Source of the DNA: Candidatus Aphodousia gallistercoris
Lineage (GTDB): Bacteria; Pseudomonadota; Gammaproteobacteria; Burkholderiales; Burkholderiaceae_F
Assembly: GCA_018714185.1 (NCBI GenBank)
Contig: DVNT01000015.1
Span: 6,042 to 70,041 of the forward strand
Direction of reading: 5' to 3'
Length of the DNA stretch: 64,000 nt
Part shown: positions 1-8,882 of the stretch, in pieces
How positions within the stretch are numbered: the first letter of the stretch is position 1
Layout of the letters: each line of letters starts with the position of its first letter
Notes under the pieces: generated by a model
Database searches by the model: none
Seen by the model: the letters and a program-made list of their open reading frames with translations, nothing else
What the model was told of the DNA's origin: nothing
Program-made: the position numbers and the translations under genes

Positions 1-2329
1 CAATAAGGCCCGCACTCTCGGCATCCGCTTAATCGGCACCGACTGTTTGGGCATCATGCGCCCGGACTGCGGCCTCAATGCAAGCTACTGGGACAGCCTG
101 CCCAGCCAAGGCAGCGTGGGCTTTGCTTCCCAGTCCGGAGTAATCGGCACCTCCGTGCTTTCTTACGCTCGCATCAGCGGCTTGGGTTTTTCCTCCTTGA
201 TTAACACAGGCGATGAAATCGATCTGAGCATGGATGAAGTCATCGACTTCTTTGCCCAGGACAAAAACACAAAATTGATTGTTGCCCATGTCGAAGGCAT
301 CCGAAATCCGCGTGAATTTTTCTCGTCCGTGCGGGCGGCCTCGCAACAAAAACCCGTTATTGTTCTTCGCGGCGGTAAAAGTTTGCAAGCCGGCCAACTA
401 CTTTCAAGCCGCATGGGCGTGCCGGCCGGAGACGATGCCGCCTTTGACGCGCTCTTGGAGCGGGCCGGCGCAATCCGCGTGCGCGATTTGGACGATTTGA
501 TTACGGCCATTGAAACCTTTTCCCAACGGCGCCTGCCCCGGGCCAACCGCATCGGCATTATCGGCAACGGCAGCGGCTTCGGCGTACTGGCGGCCGACGC
601 GGCCGCCGATTGCGGCGTTCAGCTTGCCGGCTTGTCTCGCAACACGACGCGCCGCTTAGGTGAAATTTTTAATAATCCCCTGCTGATTACGAATCCGGTC
701 GACCTATGGGCCGATGCCGATCCGCGCCGCATCAAACTGGCTGTCGATGCCCTTAACCAAGATGAAAATGTTGATGCCATCTTGGTCATTTGCGCACCGA
801 CTTTTGCCGCACCGGTCGAGCGCGTCTGCGATGCCATTGCTTACGCAACCGACAGCACTTATAAGCCGGTCTTTACCGCTTGGATTGGCGACGCGCAAAC
901 CGTCGTTGCCACCAAGCGGCTGCGCGGACACCCGATAACGGTGCTCAAAAGCCCGGAAATGGCCATGCGGGGCTTTGCCTGGATGAGCCGCTTTGCCCAA
1001 CACCGGCGCTATATCGCCAACACCGTCGCACAAAGCAGCCCGGAGCTGCCTCTTGACCTGACGGTTGCCAGAAATCTCATTGCCTCGGTGCTGGCTACCG
1101 GCCGTTTTGAACTCAACGAACATGAAACCAAGCGCGTTTTGGCTTGCGCAGGGCTCACGACTTCCTCGGGCCTACTCGTGCAGTCGCCCGTGGAAGCTTT
1201 GGATGCGGCAAAAACATTGGGGTTTCCCGTCGTTATCAAAGTCGTTGCCGACGGCATCAATCACAAAAGCAATGTCGGCGGGGTTTTATTAGACCTCAGA
1301 AGCGAGAAGGAAGTCTATGAGGGCGCCGAACGCATCCTCGAGGAGGTCGCTCGCAAGGCGCCTTACGCCGGCATCCGAGGTCTTTTCGTTCAGCGCTACG
1401 TGCGCTTGGAGCACGGCCGCGAAGTCTCGGTTCACGTACACACCGACCCGCGCTTTGGCCCGGTTATCGGCTTCGGTGCCGGCGGCCTCACCGGCAGCAT
1501 CTACCGCGATCAAGCCATTGAGCTGTTGCCTCTGACCGAACCGTTAGCCAGAAGGCTCGTTGATAAGCCGCACATCGCCAAGCTGCTCGGCAACTACCGC
1601 GGGATGCCGGAAATTAATCGGGAAGCCCTGGTTCAAGTGCTAATGCGCGTCTCAGCCCTAGTGACGGCGATTCCGGCGATTCGCAATCTGCATATCGATC
1701 CGCTGCTCGTCGATGAGGGCGGCTGCATCGCTTTGGATGCCCACATCGGCGTTGCCAAGATGGCCCTGGCGACCGATGCTTCCAATTCGCACATGATGCT
1801 GGCGCCGGCTCCCGAGCTATGCGATCAGTGGCTTGCCTTGAAAAACGGCTTCGTCAAGCTGCGAAGCATCCGCTTGCAGGACTATGATGCCATCAAGGCC
1901 TTTTTGTCGAGGCTTTCTCCCCGCTCGGCTTATTTGCGCTTTAGGATTTCCTCGACCGACCTTGCCCGGGAGAAAATTATCGAGCTCACCAATGTCGACT
2001 TCAATCGGGAAACCGCCATTGTGGCTGTAGATATGGACGCTCCCGAAGACATCCGCGGTGTCGCCCGCTTTAAACGAATCAACGGCTCAAAGGTTGCCGA
2101 GTTCGGAATCATTATCGAAGATGCTTGGCAGCGGCGGGGCCTGGCGACCTTGCTGATGACGCAGCTAGCGCAAGAAGCCAAGCGTATGAAGATTAAAACC
2201 CTTGTAGGCTACGTACTAAAGGGCAATGAAGCCATGTTTGCCTTAATGGCCTCTCTGGGCTACAGCCAAGAGGCCGGCAACGAAAATTCCGATGACGGTT
2301 TCGTCATGTTTAAATTGGATATCCAGTAA
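1..2329 (+). CDS. Bifunctional acyl-CoA synthetase (NDP-forming)-like / GNAT protein (Pat/PatZ-type protein lysine acetyltransferase), 5' partial
   Basis: Frame is open from the window start. SQSG and NPVD ligase-like motifs, ATP-grasp HKSNVGGV, C-terminal GNAT (AEFGIIIEDAWQRRGLA). Confidence 0.85.
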   Translation, partial: NKARTLGIRLIGTDCLGIMRPDCGLNASYWDSLPSQGSVGFASQSGVIGTSVLSYARISGLGFSSLINTGDEIDLSMDEVIDFFAQDKNTKLIVAHVEGIRNPREFFSSVRAASQQKPVIVLRGGKSLQAGQLLSSRMGVPAGDDAAFDALLERAGAIRVRDLDDLITAIETFSQRRLPRANRIGIIGNGSGFGVLAADAAADCGVQLAGLSRNTTRRLGEIFNNPLLITNPVDLWADADPRRIKLAVDALNQDENVDAILVICAPTFAAPVERVCDAIAYATDSTYKPVFTAWIGDAQTVVATKRLRGHPITVLKSPEMAMRGFAWMSRFAQHRRYIANTVAQSSPELPLDLTVARNLIASVLATGRFELNEHETKRVLACAGLTTSSGLLVQSPVEALDAAKTLGFPVVIKVVADGINHKSNVGGVLLDLRSEKEVYEGAERILEEVARKAPYAGIRGLFVQRYVRLEHGREVSVHVHTDPRFGPVIGFGAGGLTGSIYRDQAIELLPLTEPLARRLVDKPHIAKLLGNYRGMPEINREALVQVLMRVSALVTAIPAIRNLHIDPLLVDEGGCIALDAHIGVAKMALATDASNSHMMLAPAPELCDQWLALKNGFVKLRSIRLQDYDAIKAFLSRLSPRSAYLRFRISSTDLAREKIIELTNVDFNRETAIVAVDMDAPEDIRGVARFKRINGSKVAEFGIIIEDAWQRRGLATLLMTQLAQEAKRMKIKTLVGYVLKGNEAMFALMASLGYSQEAGNENSDDGFVMFKLDIQ

Positions 2330-2331
2330 TT

Positions 2332-3093
2332 ATGTCTGACCTTTCCGTAACGTTTGAAAAGGGCGTTTGCCAAATCGCCATCACGCGGGCGGCCAAACGC
2401 AATACGATCTCGGCGGAAAATTGCGCCGAAATCGTCCGCATCCTGCTGCAAGCCCAACGAGACAGCCAAGTCCACTGTCTTGTCCTTCGAGGCGACGGAG
2501 CCATTTTCTGTGCCGGAGCCGATTTGGGCGAGATATTGCATCGCACCGAACAGACTCAAGCCGCCTACGATGCGCTCATCGAAGCCCTTATCGCCTTCGA
2601 TAAGCCGCTGCTGGCAGCCGTAAACGGTCCGGCTGTCGGGCTCGGCGTAGCCTTGCTTCAGTACTGCGACTTGGTCTATTGCGGGGAAAAGTCGCTCTTT
2701 TCTCTGCCCTTTACGGCATTGGGACTTGCGCCTGAATACGGCCTGTCCTATTTGGCCAGCTCACGCGCCGGCCTCAGAAAAATTAGCGAAAAGTTGCTCC
2801 TAAGCGAGCCGATTTCTGCTCAAGAAGCCCTGAGCATGGGCCTTGTCAGCGCCGTCTTCAAAGACGAGGATGTCGTACGGGAAACGCTTTCGCGTGCTGC
2901 CCGCCTGACACAACTGCCGCTTGGCAGCCTGCGGGCGACTAAAAAACTGCTTCGGCAAAATCAGGCCGCTTCGCTGCGGGCGGCCATCAGCTTGGAAAAA
3001 GAGGTCCTTGCCGAACGGCTTCAAAGCGATGAGGCTCAAGAAGCTTGTCGGGCATTTTCCGAGGGCCGCAAGCCGAACTTTTCTGCACGCTAA
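2332..3093 (+). CDS. Enoyl-CoA hydratase/isomerase family protein
   Basis: FCAGADL and AAVNGPAVGLG crotonase motifs. Confidence 0.9.
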   Translation: MSDLSVTFEKGVCQIAITRAAKRNTISAENCAEIVRILLQAQRDSQVHCLVLRGDGAIFCAGADLGEILHRTEQTQAAYDALIEALIAFDKPLLAAVNGPAVGLGVALLQYCDLVYCGEKSLFSLPFTALGLAPEYGLSYLASSRAGLRKISEKLLLSEPISAQEALSMGLVSAVFKDEDVVRETLSRAARLTQLPLGSLRATKKLLRQNQAASLRAAISLEKEVLAERLQSDEAQEACRAFSEGRKPNFSAR

Positions 3094-3115
3094 TCTCAAG
3101 TCGGGGATCCTATCT

Positions 3116-3853
3116 ATGGCGATGATCGAAATTAAAAATGTCAGCAAATGGTATAGCGAGTCTTTTCAGGTTCTGAAAAATTGTTCTGCCTGCGTCAATA
3201 AGGGGGAGGTTGTCGTCGTGTGCGGACCTTCCGGCTCCGGCAAATCCACGTTGATTAAAACGGTCAACGGCTTGGAACCCTTTCAAGAGGGCGAAATCAT
3301 CGTCAACGGCATCAATGTCGGGGATCCGAAAACGAATTTGCCGGCTCTGAGAACTCATATCGGGATGGTTTTTCAGCACTTTGAGCTTTTTCCGCACTTG
3401 AGCATTATCGACAATTTAACCTTAGCGCAAATGAAAGTGCTCGGCCGCAGCCGCAGCGAGGCAACGCAGCGGGGCTTATCGCTTTTGGAGCGGGTAAGCC
3501 TTGCCGCCCACGCACATAAATTCCCCGACCAGCTCTCCGGCGGCCAACAGCAGCGCGTTGCCATTGCCCGGGCCTTAGCGATGGATCCGGTCTGCATGCT
3601 TTTTGACGAACCGACCTCGGCTCTGGACCCGGAAATGATCAACGAGGTGCTCGATGTGATTGTCGGCTTGGCCCAAGACGGCATGACCATGATGGTCGTT
3701 ACGCATGAAATGGGATTTGCCAGGCGCGTCGCCGACCGCGTCCTCTTTATGGAAAGCGGCCAGATTTTGGAAGACGCTCCGACGCAAGAATTTTTTACCC
3801 ATCCGAAGTCGGACCGGGCCGTGCAGTTTTTATCCAAGATTCTTAACCACTAG
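3116..3853 (+). CDS. gltL: Polar amino acid (Glu/Asp) ABC transporter ATP-binding protein, GltL-like
   Basis: GPSGSGKS, LSGGQQQRVAIARAL, DEPTSALDPE. Start moved to ATG 3116, after the upstream stop. Confidence 0.85.
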   Translation: MAMIEIKNVSKWYSESFQVLKNCSACVNKGEVVVVCGPSGSGKSTLIKTVNGLEPFQEGEIIVNGINVGDPKTNLPALRTHIGMVFQHFELFPHLSIIDNLTLAQMKVLGRSRSEATQRGLSLLERVSLAAHAHKFPDQLSGGQQQRVAIARALAMDPVCMLFDEPTSALDPEMINEVLDVIVGLAQDGMTMMVVTHEMGFARRVADRVLFMESGQILEDAPTQEFFTHPKSDRAVQFLSKILNH

Positions 3854-4046
3854 CCGAGCGGCCCATCCGTATCAAGAAGTGTTGCAATTCGGGCGCAAAG
3901 AATACCGCGCCTCGATGGTATCATTGTCTCGTTAAAGATTCGGGATTGTTTTTGACCGCTCCCGGGCGGTCCGGCACCGTATAAAACCCATTTTTTGGAG
4001 AATGCGCTTTTTTGCTCTAAAAAAGGCAACTGGGCGCTGATGGCTT

Positions 4047-5033
4047 ATGATTGAACACGCACATACGAAAGACTCCACGCTTAAGTTGGCAAGAAGCGTC
4101 CTGGAGAAAGAAGCCCAGGCCGTGGAGCACTTGGCCGAGCATTTAGACGAAACGTTTTTAAAGGCCGTGCAATGCCTGCTCAACTGCAAGGGACGTGTTG
4201 TCGTTTCCGGAGTCGGCAAAAGCGGTCACGTCGGCCGCAAGTTGGCCGCAACCCTCGCTTCGACCGGTACGCCGGCCTTTTTCGTACATGCCGCCGAAGC
4301 CGCACACGGCGATCTCGGGATGATCACCAAAAATGATGTGGTCATCGCCATTTCCAATTCCGGTACAACCAACGAGCTTTTGACAATCGTTCCGCTACTA
4401 AAGCGGGAAGGCACCCCTTTGATTGCCATGACCAGCGCTCCCGAGAGCACGCTGGCTCGCTACGCAGACATTCATTTGGACATCGGGGTTCATCAAGAAG
4501 CCTGCCCGTTGGGCTTGGCCCCTACCACAAGCACAACCGCCACAATGGCGATGGGCGATGCACTGGCCGTCGCTTGCTTGGATGCCAAAGGCTTTAAGCC
4601 CGAAGATTTTGCACGCTCGCACCCGGGCGGCGCGCTCGGCAGAAAGCTGTTGATTCATGTGCGCGATGTCATGCGCACCGGCGACAAAGTCCCCTGTGTT
4701 GAAGAACATGTGAGCGTACTTGATGCCGTTCGAGAAATCACGAAAAAGCACATCGGCATGACCGCCATCGTCAATGCGCAAAATCAAGTGGTCGGGATCT
4801 TTACCGAAGGCGATTTACGACGCCTGATTGAGAAAGTCGGCGACATCCGCTCCATTGTTATCTCATCGGTGATGACGCCGAACCCGAAAACCGTTTCCGA
4901 AAGCGCGCTTGCCGCCGAAGCGGCCCACATCCTGGATGCTTCGCTTTGCAACCAGTTGTTGGTCGTTGATTCTGAAAAGCACCTCATCGGCGCATTGCAT
5001 CTGCATGACTTGATGACGGCCAAAGTCATTTAA
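4047..5033 (+). CDS. kdsD: Arabinose-5-phosphate isomerase (SIS + CBS domains)
   Basis: GVGKSGH, HGDLGMI, SHPGGALG; lies before kdsC-lptCAB. Confidence 0.95.
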   Translation: MIEHAHTKDSTLKLARSVLEKEAQAVEHLAEHLDETFLKAVQCLLNCKGRVVVSGVGKSGHVGRKLAATLASTGTPAFFVHAAEAAHGDLGMITKNDVVIAISNSGTTNELLTIVPLLKREGTPLIAMTSAPESTLARYADIHLDIGVHQEACPLGLAPTTSTTATMAMGDALAVACLDAKGFKPEDFARSHPGGALGRKLLIHVRDVMRTGDKVPCVEEHVSVLDAVREITKKHIGMTAIVNAQNQVVGIFTEGDLRRLIEKVGDIRSIVISSVMTPNPKTVSESALAAEAAHILDASLCNQLLVVDSEKHLIGALHLHDLMTAKVI

Positions 5034-5043
5034 AGGGGGTGCC

Positions 5044-5595
5044 ATGACACTGCTAGAACGTGCAAAAAAAATTAAGTTATTAATCTGTGATGTCGACGGC
5101 GTTCTCACGGACGGGAAAATTTACACCGGTGCCGATGGCGAACTTTTTAAAGCGTTCAATGTCAAAGACGGGCTCGGCATTAAGATGCTGCTCGCCAACG
5201 GCATTGATGTGGCCATTCTCACGGCGCGCAGTTCAGAAATTTTAAAAAAACGCACTCAAGAGCTTGGCATTACCAACGTGTTACAAGGCCAACGCGATAA
5301 AGTACTCGGCCTTGAGCAGCTGCTGTCTTGCAACAACTTGCGCGCCGAGGAAGTCGCCTATATCGGCGATGACCTCCCCGATTACGCCGTCATCCAAGCC
5401 GTCGGCCTGGCAGCCTGCCCGAGCAACGCCGTGGATGAAATTGTTCAGGTTTGTCACTTTCAGAGCCATTTTAACGGCGGCGAGGGAGCGGTTCGGGAGC
5501 TGTGCGAAGCTTTGCTAAAGGCGCAGGGACGTTGGGAGCAAACGATTGAAAAAATGTTCCTTCATCCGGATCCGACGGCCAAACACCACTATTGA
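5044..5595 (+). CDS. kdsC: KDO-8-phosphate phosphatase
   Basis: DVDGVLTDG, KAFNVKDG, GDDLPD, GGEGAVRE. Confidence 0.95.
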   Translation: MTLLERAKKIKLLICDVDGVLTDGKIYTGADGELFKAFNVKDGLGIKMLLANGIDVAILTARSSEILKKRTQELGITNVLQGQRDKVLGLEQLLSCNNLRAEEVAYIGDDLPDYAVIQAVGLAACPSNAVDEIVQVCHFQSHFNGGEGAVRELCEALLKAQGRWEQTIEKMFLHPDPTAKHHY

Positions 5596-5606
5596 GAACT
5601 TGCACC

Positions 5607-6194
5607 ATGCGTGAAAGAATAACGGCCATTATCGCCATCGTTTTATTGCTGATTTTGATTGCGGCAAGCTACTGGTACGCAATGCAATCAAACTACAGTA
5701 ACCTGCGCTATGTTCCAAGCGAGGATTCGCCGGATTTTATTGCCGGCGGAGCTACCTACGTTACGTTTGGCACCGATGGAATCGCCGATACCAAACTGCA
5801 AGCAAAGGAGCTGCGTCACTACTCCGATGACCGCATCCGAATGATCGAGCCTCGGGCAACAACCGTATCGCCCAATGAACCGGTCACCCATGCCGAAGCC
5901 CAAAAGGGACGCAGTGACGATGGCGGAGCGACTTTTCTTTTCGAAGGCGATGTTGTCATCACCCGCTTGGCAACCGGCTCCATGCCCACCACCAAGCTTG
6001 AGAGCCAAACCATGCGAGTTGATACCGATGCCAACCGGTTCGAAACTGATGACAAGGTCTACATCACCAGCGGCAATGACAAGGCTGAAGCTGTCGGAAT
6101 GGTTTTTGACAACTTGGACAAAACCGTGCAACTGAAAAGTCAAGTCAAGACCATTATGGTTCCTAAAAACGGAACTGATACACTCTTGCCATAG
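5607..6194 (+). CDS. lptC: LPS export periplasmic protein LptC
   Basis: N-terminal TM helix, SPDF motif, beta-rich domain, synteny. Confidence 0.88.
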   Translation: MRERITAIIAIVLLLILIAASYWYAMQSNYSNLRYVPSEDSPDFIAGGATYVTFGTDGIADTKLQAKELRHYSDDRIRMIEPRATTVSPNEPVTHAEAQKGRSDDGGATFLFEGDVVITRLATGSMPTTKLESQTMRVDTDANRFETDDKVYITSGNDKAEAVGMVFDNLDKTVQLKSQVKTIMVPKNGTDTLLP

Positions 6195-6197
6195 CTT

Positions 6198-6470
6198 GTC
6201 GGCGGCTCCCCCTGTTTGAAGACAGGGGCTTGAATAAAGCCCGGGTTAACCGGCCTCAGCTCCCGTAAAGCGGGAATGGCGTTGGTTGGGGAATACATAG
6301 GTACAGCGGGATGTTAATCCCAGCTCGGCGCGCTGCGCTTTGTCGTTAAAAGCTCTGCGAGCGGGGCGGCAAGACCGTTAATCTCCTTCCAACATGGGCA
6401 AAGGATAATTATCGGTCGCAAGACCGAGGGCGGTCCCTGAGGGTCCGTCACCCAATTTAAAGAAAGGATA
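6198..6470 (+). ncRNA. omega-RNA / HEARO-like scaffold (orphan)
   Basis: Ordered HEARO-like blocks recalled from the family: GGGGCTTG..AAGCCC, GTTAACCGGCCTCAG, CGTTGGTTGGGGAATACATAGGTAC, GGGATGT..CCCAG, GTTAAAAGCTCTG, CCAACATGGGCAAAGGA, CGGTCGCAAGACCG. Confidence 0.8.
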
Positions 6471-6519
6471 GGCGCTTCCTCTCCCGCCTTAAGGCGGAAG
6501 ATTCAGCGCCTAAGTATCT
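6198..6519 (+). mobile_element. Non-autonomous IS200/IS605-type element carrying an IscB-type omega-RNA, no ORF
   Basis: Terminal hairpins CCCCTGTT-TGAA-GACAGGGG (6209-6228) and GGCGCT..CCGCC-TTAA-GGCGG..AGCGCC (6471-6510). Abuts ATGAA. Removing it leaves lptC TAG-ctt-ATG lptA. Confidence 0.85.
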
Positions 6520-7095
6520 ATGAAAAAAGCTTTTTTTTGTGTGCTCTCGCTGCTATTGGCGGCCGTACAAGTGGCCCAGGCGGAAACGCGCGACCGCGAG
6601 CAGCCGATTCAGATCCAATCGGACGCCTTTTTAGGCGACCAAATTAAACAAACTGCCGTATATACCGGCAATGTGCGAGTTGACCAAGGCACAATGCGCC
6701 TGACGGGTAACCGGCTGGATCTCCAAGAAACCGCCAAAGGATATCGAATCGGCACGCTAACCGGCAATAACGCCACCTTTCGGCAACGCCGCGACGCCAA
6801 AGTGAAAGGCGTTGAAGAATGGATTTCCGGTCACGCCAAGAAAATCGTTTACGAAGAACAAACCGGCATTGTGACTTTAACGGGAGATGCGTTGGTCGAA
6901 CGCAGCGAAAACGGCATCGTCAAAGACCGCGCACAGGGGTCAACAATCGTTTATGATACCTTGCGTTCACGTACAATTATCCAAGGCAGCAAGGACGGAA
7001 GGGCGCGAACGGTCATTGCTCCGCGAAATAAGAAGGCCGCAGCGCCGAACTCTTCGGAAAGTAAACTGCATACGGCAACCGAACTTTCCCACTGA
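6520..7095 (+). CDS. lptA: LPS transport periplasmic protein LptA
   Basis: Signal peptide, DREQPIQIQSD, YTGNVRVDQG; lies between lptC and lptB. Confidence 0.92.
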   Translation: MKKAFFCVLSLLLAAVQVAQAETRDREQPIQIQSDAFLGDQIKQTAVYTGNVRVDQGTMRLTGNRLDLQETAKGYRIGTLTGNNATFRQRRDAKVKGVEEWISGHAKKIVYEEQTGIVTLTGDALVERSENGIVKDRAQGSTIVYDTLRSRTIIQGSKDGRARTVIAPRNKKAAAPNSSESKLHTATELSH

Positions 7096-7110
7096 TAAAG
7101 GACTCATACA

Positions 7111-7935
7111 GTGACGAGCAATGTAGACAAATTGAATACACCCTTAGTGCCCGGTGAAGAAAAAAAGGAAGATACGGTTGCAACCGTTACGCCTACCTAT
7201 ACTTTGGAAGCCAAAGGACTCAAGAAGCGGTACGGAAGCCGCTGGGTTGTTAAGGATGTTTCTTTATCTGTCAAAAGCGGCGAAGTGGTCGGGCTGTTGG
7301 GGCCGAACGGAGCCGGTAAAACGACAACTTTCAACATGGTCGTCGGGCTGATTGTTGCCGACGGCGGTACCATCGAACTTAACGGTCAGTCCATAGCGCA
7401 CTTGCCGATCTACCGGCGCTCCCGCTTGGGCGTTTCCTATTTGCCCCAAGAAGCGTCCGTGTTTAGGCGGATGACGGTCGAGGAAAACATTCGTGCGATT
7501 TTAGAGCTGCAAACCGACGAAAACGGCAAGCCGTATAAGCCGCCAGTCATTGAACAAAAATTAGATGCCCTGCTCGATGAGTTGCAAATCGGACGATTGC
7601 GCACCAATACCGCCATGAGCCTTTCCGGCGGCGAACGTCGCCGTACCGAAATTGCCAGGGCCCTTGCCGCCGAACCGAAATTTATTCTGCTCGACGAGCC
7701 CTTTGCCGGCGTCGACCCGATTGCCGTGATTGAAATCCAACGCATCATTCGCTTCTTAAAGCAACGCGGCATCGGCGTGCTCATCACCGATCACAACGTC
7801 CGCGAGACCTTGGGTATTTGCGATCATGCCTACATTATTTGCGATGGCGGCGTGCTCGCTAGCGGCCACCCGAAAGATATCGTTCAAAATGAAGACGTTC
7901 GCCGAGCCTATTTGGGCGAAGGCTTCAGAATGTAG
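7111..7935 (+). CDS. lptB: LPS export ABC transporter ATPase
   Basis: [44 protein letters not shown]. Confidence 0.97.
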   Translation: MTSNVDKLNTPLVPGEEKKEDTVATVTPTYTLEAKGLKKRYGSRWVVKDVSLSVKSGEVVGLLGPNGAGKTTTFNMVVGLIVADGGTIELNGQSIAHLPIYRRSRLGVSYLPQEASVFRRMTVEENIRAILELQTDENGKPYKPPVIEQKLDALLDELQIGRLRTNTAMSLSGGERRRTEIARALAAEPKFILLDEPFAGVDPIAVIEIQRIIRFLKQRGIGVLITDHNVRETLGICDHAYIICDGGVLASGHPKDIVQNEDVRRAYLGEGFRM

Positions 7936-8052
7936 CTTTCGGCTTCGTTTTCCTCGTAAGGGCTTGGCAACAAGCGCTTTTCGAGGTTGCGTCATTCAAC
8001 ATAGGAGAAGCGGGCCGCGGACGTACTTTCCGGGACCTGCAGACAGTACTTT

Positions 8053-8673
8053 ATGAACCAAATCTACCAATACTTGCCGTCTTCTAACGTCATTTTCTTG
8101 TCGTCGATGCAACACACGACGAAAAAACGAACTTTTGAAGAAGCCAGTTTGGTTTTCCAAATGTCGGGCGTACCGCATACGATCGTCTTTGATGCGCTTT
8201 TTGCCCGCGAGCGGCTCGGCAACAACTCGCTCGGCGGCGGGGTCTGCCTACCGCACTGCCGCTTAGCCGGCATTGAGCGGCCGATGGTCGCTTTGGTTCT
8301 ACTGCCGCGCCCCATTCCCATTGATCCGATGCCCATCGACACCAAACCCGTTGATATTTTCTTCTTTCTTGTTGTACCGGATACCGGGAACGATGAAGAC
8401 TACCTGGGGCTTTTGCGAGAATGCATCACGATGCTGCAAGATCGAAAATTCTGTGAGAAGCTTCGCCGTTCGGAAAATGCGGTAGAAGTCTGCTCGTGCG
8501 TCATGAATTGGGTCCCGCCATCCTCCTTGATTAATGAAACCCAAGACGAAAAGCTGTCGCAAGAATGGGAGCAGCTCAACGAGGAAGTGGAAGCAGCAGA
8601 AAATAAAACCAACCCCGTTAAGGCGGCTCCGGCCGTCGTTGCCGTCGAAAACGATCTGCCTCATCACGAGTGA
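8053..8673 (+). CDS. ptsN: PTS EIIA(Ntr)-like protein with acidic C-terminal extension
   Basis: KKRTFEE, ARERLG..GGGVCLPH, PIDTKPVDIFFFLVVP; synteny. Confidence 0.8.
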   Translation: MNQIYQYLPSSNVIFLSSMQHTTKKRTFEEASLVFQMSGVPHTIVFDALFARERLGNNSLGGGVCLPHCRLAGIERPMVALVLLPRPIPIDPMPIDTKPVDIFFFLVVPDTGNDEDYLGLLRECITMLQDRKFCEKLRRSENAVEVCSCVMNWVPPSSLINETQDEKLSQEWEQLNEEVEAAENKTNPVKAAPAVVAVENDLPHHE

Positions 8674-8882
8674 GTTCCGATCTCTTAAAGGCGAGAAAGG
8701 CTACTCTTTGCTAAGATCGACATGGCCGGGATGCTTCGCTTTTTCCGCACTCATCGGACAGCAACGCCGACGTGAGTGTGACGGCTTAAGACTTTGCCGT
8801 TATCTGCCCGCCCAGAAAGGCCGAGGTTAGGCAAAGGCAATGCAGAATCTCGGCACGGGCTCTGTCTGAGGAGGGATTTTTT

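Noticed and set aside
2921-3115. Long N-terminal extension of gltL in the ORF track
   Set aside because: It overlaps the enoyl-CoA hydratase gene; family similarity begins at ATG 3116.
6195-6519. Riboswitch, CRISPR array or group I/II intron as the explanation for the lptC-lptA spacer
   Set aside because: No direct repeats with spacers and no recognisable aptamer or intron core; the omega-RNA blocks and IS200/IS605-type ends explain it better.
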